DNA from: a virus
IMG/VR virus record: IMGVR_UViG_3300011563_000001
Span: 1-44,214 of that record
Reading direction: 5' to 3' (one strand)
DNA: 44,214 bases
Shown here: in pieces, positions 1-6,888 of the stretch
Position numbering within the stretch: the first letter of the stretch is position 1
How the letters are laid out: every line of letters starts with the position of its first letter
Position numbers and translations under genes: made by a program
Notes under the pieces: generated by a model
What the model was told of the DNA's origin: nothing
Seen by the model: only the letters and a program-made list of their open reading frames with translations
The model's database searches: none

Positions 1-115
1 CAAGGTTTTTAAAATCCCTCCATCTCCGTATTTTACGATATTAGTTAATGATATCTTACTTAAAAACCTTGATAAATCAGGGTTTTTTATTTTATATAAA
101 ACTTCTAATTATGGT
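1..115. repeat. Left copy of a perfect 115-bp direct repeat, identical to 44100-44214. It is either an attL-like boundary or a circular-assembly overlap.
   Basis: Positions 1-115 match 44100-44214 base for base. The integrase gene ends 76 bp inside it. Confidence 0.9.
62..87. promoter_or_regulatory. Candidate core-type recombination site. It also has the shape of a hairpin terminator.
   Basis: Inverted half-sites AAAAACCTTG and CAGGGTTTTT flank a 6-bp spacer ATAAAT, with one G-T wobble, and are followed by a T-run. A third copy of the motif, CAAGGTTTTT, lies at 1-10. Confidence 0.3.
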
Positions 116-128
116 TGATTTAAAATTT

Positions 129-190
129 TTGGTCACAACGTGGTCACATTAGCACCGTTTTTTTAATCTTGTGACCAATTTTGTGACCAA
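129..190. promoter_or_regulatory. Cluster of candidate integrase arm-type binding sites (TTGGTCACA motif)
   Basis: TTGGTCACA lies at 129-137 and TGGTCACA at 141-148. The inverted form TGTGACCAA lies at 170-178 and 182-190. The same motif recurs at 44056-64 on the other side of the repeat. Confidence 0.4.
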
Positions 191-1264
191 CTATAAATTA
201 TCCATGACATTTCTGAGTTTAATCGTTTCTTCTTTTTCTACTTCTTCTAACAAATGGCTGTATATTGATAGGGTAGTAGTCACATTAGCATGACCTAATC
301 TTTTACTTATATAATGAATAGACACACCTTTATGCAATAGGTAAGAACAATGCGTATGCCTTATACTATGCAACGTATATGCGCCAATTTGATGTTCCAA
401 GCAAAATTTATTTAATACTTTGGTCACGGCATTATTTGTTATTAAACCATTTCCAGTATTGAATATGTGACCATCTATTTGTATTGGTCGTTCTTTTAGA
501 CTGTTTAATAAATATTTCATCTCTTTATCGGTAATAGGGATAGTCCTATCAGATGTTTCTGTTTTTGTACCAGGTAAATGTATCATATTATCTTTCTTTA
601 TTAGATCGCTATATTTTAATTTCTGTACTTCTCCAAATCTCGCACCCGTAATTATCAAAATATATATGAACAGATATGATAGTTCTTTTCTACCTGTTAC
701 ATAATCTTTCAAATTAGTATAATTATCTATCGTCATAAATTTAGTACTTTCATGCTGTGATGATTTAGTACCATATGGCTTAGCTTTATATGTTGGGTCT
801 TTATATATTAGCCCTTCACTAACTGCATCTTGTAATGCTGCTCTTAAACATAAATGTAATTTTTGTACACTATTTGTAGTTCGTCCTCCTTTTCGTGGAG
901 TTAAATATAAACCTTCACCATATTCTTTAAGTAGTTCTCTATATTTCAACTGTGTTAATTTATTAATAGGTAAGTCACCAAACTTTTCTTCAAATACGTC
1001 TATAGAAGATTTATAACGTAACATAGATTTCTCTGATATCTGTCCTTCTTTATTAACACTTAACCAACTATTGTAATAATCTACAAAAGGAACATCATTT
1101 GTTAAATCAAAACCTTTTGTTAATTGATTGTACAATTCATTACCTTTTTCAGTTGCTTCTCTTTTAGTCAAAAATCCACCTTTTCGATAACGATTTCCAT
1201 CATACCTGAAATCATATTGCCATTTTTTACCTCGTTTACTTATATTCATTATGTCACTCCTCAA
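191..1264 (-). CDS. int: Tyrosine recombinase / phage integrase
   Basis: 357 aa. It has box I (TGARFGE), box II (HSIRHTHCSYLL) and the C-terminal LGHANVTTTLSIYSH with the catalytic Tyr. An N-terminal SAM-like/arm-binding region is present. The gene sits at the edge of the element. Confidence 0.95.
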   Translation of the reverse strand: MRSDIMNISKRGKKWQYDFRYDGNRYRKGGFLTKREATEKGNELYNQLTKGFDLTNDVPFVDYYNSWLSVNKEGQISEKSMLRYKSSIDVFEEKFGDLPINKLTQLKYRELLKEYGEGLYLTPRKGGRTTNSVQKLHLCLRAALQDAVSEGLIYKDPTYKAKPYGTKSSQHESTKFMTIDNYTNLKDYVTGRKELSYLFIYILIITGARFGEVQKLKYSDLIKKDNMIHLPGTKTETSDRTIPITDKEMKYLLNSLKERPIQIDGHIFNTGNGLITNNAVTKVLNKFCLEHQIGAYTLHSIRHTHCSYLLHKGVSIHYISKRLGHANVTTTLSIYSHLLEEVEKEETIKLRNVMDNL

Positions 1265-1270
1265 AAAATG

Positions 1271-1301
1271 TAAAAAATAATAAGGGTAGGATATCTACCC
1301 C
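1271..1301 (-). terminator. Rho-independent terminator after the repressor/DUF4352 operon
   Basis: On the minus strand the stem GGGTAG/CTACCC (1284-1300) is followed by TTATTATTTTTT, immediately after the stop at 1308. Confidence 0.6.
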
Positions 1302-1307
1302 GAATTA

Positions 1308-2306
1308 CTATTCTGGTACTGTTAATGCATCACGTTCTTGTTGTACACGGCTTTGATAGTCATTGAATGACTCTCCAGCAGGGGAAGTCATACCTGGACC
1401 ACCACCAACACCATTTTGATGTTTCCCTTGTTCTAATTCTTGAGTGAATTGTTGAGCCTGTTTGTATTGCTCGTATTCTGGATTGCTCATTTGTGATTCA
1501 TCATGAGTTGTAGTTTTAGTCCGATCATATTCTTCTTTGCTTATGCCTTCTTGTTTAGGCGTTTCTTGTTTAGTAGAAGCTTGGTTGTTACTATTAGTGT
1601 TTTGTTCTGGACTTGATTGTTCGTTAGACACAACGATTTGATTATTTTGTTCATAGTTATTACTAACTTGTTCAGTAGTAGTTTCTACTTTATTATTTTT
1701 GTTTTTGTTAGATTTTGTAGTGGTTTTTCCATCACTTAATTTAAAAGTCACTTTATTTGTGCTAAATAATTTTGATGTAATTTCCATTTTCTTATCATTT
1801 GAATTCGCAAACTCTTGAGATACATCAAATACTACTTTTCCTTGAGTAGTACTATCAGGGTTAACTTGTTCTAAGAAAAATGAATCTGTAATTGTACCAT
1901 CGTCACTTTGATTTGCAGAAGTAGAAGCACCAGCATCAGCTTTTGCAGTCTTTTCTCCGTTTAATAACTTAAACATAGTAGAATCTATCGTTAAAGCTTC
2001 ATTTCCGTTATTTTTAATTGTTACATCAGCTACTACGAAAGTATCTTTAGCTGTAGTTGGTAATGCAGAAGGACCAACTTGATTAGCAGTTTCTACAGAG
2101 TTAACAGTTACTTCAATGTCACCATTTTTTGCTGTATCACCAATTTTAAATTCTTTAGTTTTATTGCTAGATTGCTTAGAGCTACCATTACTTGATGTGT
2201 TATCATCTCCGCCGCCAATAAACATTGCGCATGCCCCAAATAATACAGCGAGCAAAATAAATATTACTAAACAACCTCCACACCCCAATAACCATTTCTT
2301 ATTCAT
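1308..2306 (-). CDS. Membrane-anchored (possible lipoprotein) DUF4352-like protein with a low-complexity tail; candidate superinfection-exclusion factor
   Basis: 332 aa. The N-terminus is KK plus a hydrophobic stretch with a possible lipobox LFGAC. The central region (GDIEVTVNSVE...FVVADVTIKNNGNEALTIDSTMFKLL...GKVVFDV) looks like a DUF4352 Ig-like fold. The C-terminal half is rich in N/Q/S/T/E. Confidence 0.7.
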   Translation of the reverse strand: MNKKWLLGCGGCLVIFILLAVLFGACAMFIGGGDDNTSSNGSSKQSSNKTKEFKIGDTAKNGDIEVTVNSVETANQVGPSALPTTAKDTFVVADVTIKNNGNEALTIDSTMFKLLNGEKTAKADAGASTSANQSDDGTITDSFFLEQVNPDSTTQGKVVFDVSQEFANSNDKKMEITSKLFSTNKVTFKLSDGKTTTKSNKNKNNKVETTTEQVSNNYEQNNQIVVSNEQSSPEQNTNSNNQASTKQETPKQEGISKEEYDRTKTTTHDESQMSNPEYEQYKQAQQFTQELEQGKHQNGVGGGPGMTSPAGESFNDYQSRVQQERDALTVPE

Positions 2307-2356
2307 TACACATTCTCCTTTGTTTTTTATTTATATTAAGCACCACCGAAGTGATG

Positions 2357-2695
2357 CTATTTCCCTTGTTGTGATTTCAAAAACTTCACATATTCCAATA
2401 CTTTTTGCATTTCGTCTTCATCTAGGTCACTTACTTCCCCATCAAGATGTGCTGCTATCGTAGTTGGTTTGTAAGTTTCTTCTTCAACTAAATCAGCTTT
2501 AGAAACGCCGAAGTAATTAGCAAGTAATTCTATTTTATCTATACGTGGGTACGTTTTAGCGTTTATCCAATCTGAGACAGTTGTATATTTTAATTTTAAA
2601 TCATTAGATAATTTAGTTCTATCGACATTTTTCTCTTTCATATATTTAGAAATATTTTTAGCCATCACTTCTTTGTTGCCCAACATATTTACCAT
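2357..2695 (-). CDS. cI: Short XRE-family HTH repressor (cI-like) without a peptidase domain
   Basis: 112 aa. It has an HTH_3-like core (LSNDLKLKYTTVSDWINAKTYPRIDKIELLANYFGVS) and an acidic tail. It is divergent from the cro-like gene. No S24 Ser/Lys dyad region is present. Confidence 0.85.
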   Translation of the reverse strand: MVNMLGNKEVMAKNISKYMKEKNVDRTKLSNDLKLKYTTVSDWINAKTYPRIDKIELLANYFGVSKADLVEEETYKPTTIAAHLDGEVSDLDEDEMQKVLEYVKFLKSQQGK

Positions 2696-2722
2696 TCCCT
2701 TCTATATAATGTCTACAAATTT

Positions 2723-2808
2723 ATTATACGTTTTATCCGTAATATTTACAAGTATTAAAAATAAATTATGTTTAAACCGTTGACATTACGTTTTTACCGT
2801 AGTAAGAT
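2723..2808. promoter_or_regulatory. Divergent lysogeny/lytic promoters, each with a 15-bp operator in the spacer
   Basis: Rightward promoter: TTGACA (2780-85), 17 bp, TAAGAT (2803-08), with TACGTTTTTACCGTA (2787-2801) in the spacer. Leftward promoter, read on the minus strand: TTGTAA (2746-51), 17 bp, TATAAT (2723-28), with TACGTTTTATCCGTA (2727-41). Confidence 0.6.
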
Positions 2809-2840
2809 TGAGACAGTTAAAACAGAAACGGGGTGAAAAC

Positions 2841-3068
2841 ATGCAAGATATTCAACTAAGACGTGAACCCTATACTTTAAAAATGTTGAGAGCTAAGTTT
2901 GAATTAACTCAAGCGCAAGCAGGAGAAAAAGTAGGGGTTTCAGCAGACGTTTGGCACAACTGGGAAAAAGCAAAAACATTCCCGAACGTTCCACAGATCG
3001 AAAGAATTGAGAAAGAATTTGATGTTACTTATAACGAGATTATTTTTTTACCTAAGAATAACGGTTAA
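2841..3068 (+). CDS. cro: Cro-like XRE-family HTH regulator
   Basis: The ATG at 2841 follows the RBS GGGGTG. The HTH segment is LTQAQAGEKVGVSADVWHNWE. The TTG at 2808 given in the ORF track lies inside the -10 box, so it is unlikely to be the start. Confidence 0.8.
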   Translation: MQDIQLRREPYTLKMLRAKFELTQAQAGEKVGVSADVWHNWEKAKTFPNVPQIERIEKEFDVTYNEIIFLPKNNG

Positions 3069-3092
3069 ACCGTAAAAAAAGGAGGAAACAGA

Positions 3093-3884
3093 ATGCAAGA
3101 ATTACAAACATTATTCAGTTTTAAAAGAAATAATGACGGAACAGTAGCGGTAAGTGGGCGAGAGTTACACAGAGGGTTGAAAATTGAAACTCCATATAAA
3201 CAATGGATGGACAGAATGATTGGTTATGGTTTTGAAGAGAACATAGATTATATTACTACGAGTGAAAAAGTACACACACAAAAAAGTGTACGTGCTTATG
3301 AACAGGTTGACCACATCATGACACTCGACATGGCTAAAGAAATCTCAATGATACAACGTAGTGAAATTGGTCGAAAGATTAGAGGTTATTTTATCAAAGT
3401 TGAAAGGCAACACCTAGAAATAGCACAAGCGTATGGCATTACAACTAAAGAAGATATGAACCAGTTAATTGAACAGTTGGTAAGTGACAAACTAGATTAT
3501 CTGATTTCAACAGGACAGGTTAGCAATAACAAATTAGATGATTTAAATAACAAATTCGAAGGCGAATATGTAACACCACAAGATATAGATGCGATTAAGT
3601 TCACTGTTAAAAATAAAGCTGAACAACTTTTACAAAACGAAGGCTTACAAATGACATTAGATACTTTACTAATCGGCGATGTATATGAGCAGGCATTAGC
3701 TAACAAGAAGATGAAAGAAGAATACCGTTACCAATTAGGAAAAGCTAAAAGAAAGATACTGGTTGCTACTAAAAAAGAGTTAGACATGAAAGGTAACGCA
3801 CCTAACAATCACATCAAGCGTAAAGATGTAGATATAGCAATTCAGTTCATCAAAGATATCAGAGTATCACAAATTCAATTATAG
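3093..3884 (+). CDS. Phage antirepressor (AntA/ORF6N-like N-terminal domain)
   Basis: 263 aa. The N-terminal segment VSGRELHRGLKIETPYKQWMDRMIGYGFEENIDY is typical of Ant-type proteins. The RBS is AGGAGG. It is the second gene of the rightward early operon. Confidence 0.65.
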   Translation: MQELQTLFSFKRNNDGTVAVSGRELHRGLKIETPYKQWMDRMIGYGFEENIDYITTSEKVHTQKSVRAYEQVDHIMTLDMAKEISMIQRSEIGRKIRGYFIKVERQHLEIAQAYGITTKEDMNQLIEQLVSDKLDYLISTGQVSNNKLDDLNNKFEGEYVTPQDIDAIKFTVKNKAEQLLQNEGLQMTLDTLLIGDVYEQALANKKMKEEYRYQLGKAKRKILVATKKELDMKGNAPNNHIKRKDVDIAIQFIKDIRVSQIQL

Positions 3885-3894
3885 GAGGAACATT

Positions 3895-4119
3895 ATGACA
3901 CATCAACAAATCAAAAAATTAAATGACATTGTAAACACATTACATTCAGTAAAACAAAATAAAGTATCAACTTATACTCACAGTAACATTACTTCGTTAA
4001 ACGGTATTGGCAAGGTTGAATGTTCATACGAAGTAGACAGAGAAACTCATCTTGAATCAATGATTGAATGGGCAATTGACCAGATAGAACAGAATTTTGA
4101 TTTGGAAATCGAGTTTTAG
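3895..4119 (+). CDS. Hypothetical early protein
   Basis: 74-aa ORF with RBS AGGAGG, tightly packed in the early operon. Confidence 0.7.
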   Translation: MTHQQIKKLNDIVNTLHSVKQNKVSTYTHSNITSLNGIGKVECSYEVDRETHLESMIEWAIDQIEQNFDLEIEF

Positions 4120-4130
4120 GAGGGATAACT

Positions 4131-4442
4131 ATGGAGGCATTATTCAACATTGAATTACTCAATGAATTAATCGATCAACGTGTAGAAGAAAAATTAAAAG
4201 AATTACGCAATGAACAGTTACCTAGAGAAATGACGATGAAAGAATTAGTCAAAGAAACTGGGTGGAGTGAATACTACATCAAGAAAAATATTATTAATCG
4301 CAATTACTTCAGAAGAAAAATTGAACCTTTTACTACATTCAGTAAAAACGGTAGAGGAAAGTTCAGTTTCGACAGAAGAAAAATGATTGAGTTTATCGAA
4401 GAGTACAAAGAAGAAATTAAAGAAAGGGCGAAAAACGGATGA
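4131..4442 (+). CDS. Hypothetical basic early protein; possible DNA-binding or excisionase-like function (speculative)
   Basis: 103 aa with RBS GGAGGG. It contains the basic segment MTMKELVKETGWSEYYIKKNI. No excisionase gene lies next to int. Confidence 0.65.
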   Translation: MEALFNIELLNELIDQRVEEKLKELRNEQLPREMTMKELVKETGWSEYYIKKNIINRNYFRRKIEPFTTFSKNGRGKFSFDRRKMIEFIEEYKEEIKERAKNG

Positions 4443-4609
4443 AATATATCACTTTAACAATGTTCCTAGTACTAGAGTTCTTCATCATCGCAGCGTTTAG
4501 CGTAACACCGTTTGAACATTCATTCCTATTCTGGTTGCTCACAGTGTTGTTATTCGAAACATGGGACTTATTAAAAGAAAACGAAAAAAAGAACCATAGC
4601 GCCAACTAG
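4439..4609 (+). CDS. Small two-TM membrane protein (56 aa), below the ORF-track length cutoff
   Basis: Its start overlaps the upstream stop (ATGA). The translation is MKYITLTMFLVLEFFIIAAFSVTPFEHSFLFWLLTVLLFETWDLLKENEKKNHSAN. Confidence 0.5.
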   Translation: MKYITLTMFLVLEFFIIAAFSVTPFEHSFLFWLLTVLLFETWDLLKENEKKNHSAN

Positions 4610-4672
4610 GGTTCGAGCGAATTAAAATATATACAACTAAACAATACAACTAAATATAGGAGGACGTCAAGT

Positions 4673-4930
4673 ATGGATAAAACAAGACTTGTAAATTTAG
4701 CTAGTGATTTACTAATAAAAATTGCACATTCTGACTTAGAAATAAAATTGGAATTCAGAAATTATGATGGTGGAGAACTAGGTTTTAACCTCGTTCATTT
4801 TGATGATAGATACGAAGACGGTTGTTACACTTTACACATTTATCAATGGCAAGACAAAGATATAATTATGAATTTGTTCGAACAAATGAAAGATGTCATA
4901 GCTGGCGAAAGGTTGATTACAAATGAGTGA
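4673..4930 (+). CDS. Hypothetical early protein
   Basis: 85-aa ORF with RBS AGGAGG 8 nt upstream. Confidence 0.7.
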   Translation: MDKTRLVNLASDLLIKIAHSDLEIKLEFRNYDGGELGFNLVHFDDRYEDGCYTLHIYQWQDKDIIMNLFEQMKDVIAGERLITNE

Positions 4931-5162
4931 AAAAGTAGAAACAACTTATTATATCAAAACACTTGAAGGGCTGTATCTGACAAACGTCCCTAATTCACCA
5001 GAAGAAGCGTCATATCATGCAAGTAGACCTAGAGAATACAAAGGGCTAGATACAATTAAAATCGACTGGGATAAGCATGTTGTAGTCGTTATTAAGACAT
5101 TCACTGATAAAACGTATCAAACTGTAAGAGTTTCTGATTTGGAGGAGATTGAGAATGGCTGA
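4923..5162 (+). CDS. Hypothetical early protein
   Basis: 79-aa ORF that overlaps the upstream stop and so appears translationally coupled. Confidence 0.65.
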   Translation: MSEKVETTYYIKTLEGLYLTNVPNSPEEASYHASRPREYKGLDTIKIDWDKHVVVVIKTFTDKTYQTVRVSDLEEIENG

Positions 5163-5802
5163 AAAACTAAACTTATTTCAAAAAATAGCTGATGTAAAAG
5201 CTAACATAGATGGATTCACTAAAGATACAGAAGGTTACAAATACAAATACGTTAGTGGATCACAAGTATTACACAGTATTAGGAACAAAATGGAAGAACA
5301 TAATCTATTGTTTGTTCCTCATATAAAAAATGCACATTATCAAGAAATTGAGGTTCTAGTTAAAGGACAAAAGAAACCAAACATAATAGTATCACTAGAT
5401 TTAATTTATACGTGGATAGATGCAGACAACCCAACAGATAGATTTGAGATACCGTTCTACGCAATAGGGCATCAAGATGATGCAAGTAAAGCGTTAGGTA
5501 CAGCACTAACTTATTCAGAAAGATATTTATTGATGAAACAATTCAATATACCAACCGATGAAGATGACGCAGATGCAAAACAAAAACGTGAAACATACGC
5601 ACCTAAAGCTAAACCTGAACAAATTAAAAACCTACAAGAAAAAATTAAACAAGCAGTTGAAATTGGTGGAGAAGATGCAACTGAACAAAAAGTTATGCAA
5701 TGGCTAAAAATTAGCGATTACGACACAGTAACGGAGGCGCAAATTAACCCAATGATTAAGCGATTGAATGACTTAATCAGTAGTAAACGAGGTGGAAAGT
5801 GA
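5155..5802 (+). CDS. ERF-family single-strand annealing recombinase
   Basis: The ATG at 5155 lies 7 nt after GGAGGAG. The motifs YKYKYVSGSQV and ALGTALTYSERYLLMKQFNI resemble the ERF core. The C-terminal tail is acidic. Confidence 0.6.
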   Translation: MAEKLNLFQKIADVKANIDGFTKDTEGYKYKYVSGSQVLHSIRNKMEEHNLLFVPHIKNAHYQEIEVLVKGQKKPNIIVSLDLIYTWIDADNPTDRFEIPFYAIGHQDDASKALGTALTYSERYLLMKQFNIPTDEDDADAKQKRETYAPKAKPEQIKNLQEKIKQAVEIGGEDATEQKVMQWLKISDYDTVTEAQINPMIKRLNDLISSKRGGK

Positions 5803-6536
5803 TGGAAAAAATAAACATAGAAAATAATGGTTACGGCATAATTTTTAAATCATTAACAAGAAACCCGAATATAGATATAGAAGCTAAAGGTTTATTTTCT
5901 TATTTGACAACATATGCAGGTTCAAAAGATAACGCATATCCTAGTGTAGATTTAATTTGTCATGAATTGAATATATCTACTAAACGGTTTCAAAAGTATA
6001 GAAAGCAATTAGTTGAAGCTGGATATCTAAGTATCTCAAGAGAGAAATCATCTAATTTATACGGAAGAAATGTTTACACGTTATATCACGAACCTCGACA
6101 GGTACAAATTCGACCGGTCGAAAATGAAACGATGCAAATTGAATCGGTCGAAAATCTACCCACTAAGAATAACAGTACTAAGAATAACAGTATTAAGAAT
6201 AACATTAGTAAGAGAGACGACACGCAAAATTCGATAGATTATATAAATCATAACTTAGAAATGATAACAAGTCCTATGAAAATTCAAGAAATAGAATATC
6301 TAGTAAATGATATTAAAAATCAAAAGTTAGAGATTGTGAAAGTAGCTACAAACTATTGCAAACAAAATAAAAAAGGTATCAACTATTTAATCAAAGTGTT
6401 AACGAATTGGATAAATGAAGATATTGATACTAAAGAAAAAGCTGAAGCTAAAATACAACCTAAACAACTAAAAGCTAAATCAGATAACTTCGGAGATTTA
6501 AGACAAAAAATTCTAGGTGGTGTAAGTAATGACTGA
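5802..6536 (+). CDS. Replisome organiser / replication initiator (winged-HTH N-terminus, DnaD-like C-terminus)
   Basis: The segment YPSVDLICHELNISTKRFQKYRKQLVEAGYL is HTH-like. The gene lies upstream of the helicase and contains DNA iterons. Confidence 0.6.
   Translation: MEKINIENNGYGIIFKSLTRNPNIDIEAKGLFSYLTTYAGSKDNAYPSVDLICHELNISTKRFQKYRKQLVEAGYLSISREKSSNLYGRNVYTLYHEPRQVQIRPVENETMQIESVENLPTKNNSTKNNSIKNNISKRDDTQNSIDYINHNLEMITSPMKIQEIEYLVNDIKNQKLEIVKVATNYCKQNKKGINYLIKVLTNWINEDIDTKEKAEAKIQPKQLKAKSDNFGDLRQKILGGVSND
6105..6206. repeat. Iteron cluster inside the organiser gene; candidate replication origin
   Basis: A 22-bp repeat CAAATT-N6-CGGTCGAAAAT occurs at 6105-26 and 6135-56. Three tandem 15-mers ACTAAGAATAACAGT occur at 6162-76, 6177-91 and 6192-6206 (the last degenerate). 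A palindrome CGACCGGTCG lies at 6111-20. Confidence 0.5.
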
Positions 6537-6888
6537 AAGTGAAGCGTTCGACTTGATAGAAATAGTAGGTAATGCCTATCACATGGAATTTACAGAAAAG
6601 AAAGCGAGGATATGGATCTCATTACTAATTGACGGAAATTTTGAAAAGAGTAGAACCAAACTATTGAAATTAATCAACGAAAGTCCATATCAACCGAAAA
6701 TTGCTGATTTTAAAGTTAGTGATAAACCTAACAATTTAGTAAAAGAAGAAAATGAAATAGCCGAAGAAATCAAAAAAGCTAACGCTGAATTAAGCGATCC
6801 AGCTAAAAGAGAACAAAGGCAGATGTTAATTAAGAAGATGAATGAAAAAATGAAGCAACTGAAAGAGAGTGAGCAATATGAAACGTAA
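6529..6888 (+). CDS. Hypothetical protein between organiser and helicase; possible helicase-loading accessory
   Basis: 119-aa ORF that overlaps both neighbouring genes. Confidence 0.65.
   Translation: MTESEAFDLIEIVGNAYHMEFTEKKARIWISLLIDGNFEKSRTKLLKLINESPYQPKIADFKVSDKPNNLVKEENEIAEEIKKANAELSDPAKREQRQMLIKKMNEKMKQLKESEQYET

Noticed and set aside
4-30. GGTTTTTAAAATCCCTCCATCTCCGTA loosely resembles a tRNA/tmRNA T-arm plus 3' acceptor strand, which would hint at integration into an RNA gene.
   Set aside because: The T-loop and stem are not intact, there is no CCA or complementary 5' acceptor strand, and the similarity is weak. It may be chance in AT-rich DNA. Comparison with an empty attB site would be needed.
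2116-2463. A plus-strand 115-aa ORF spans the cI/DUF4352 junction.
   Set aside because: It is antisense to two supported minus-strand genes. It has no RBS and a low-complexity, shadow-like translation.
2808-2840. The ORF track uses a TTG start at 2808 for the cro-like gene.
   Set aside because: That codon overlaps the -10 hexamer of the rightward promoter, so it would not be transcribed. The ATG at 2841 has a proper RBS.
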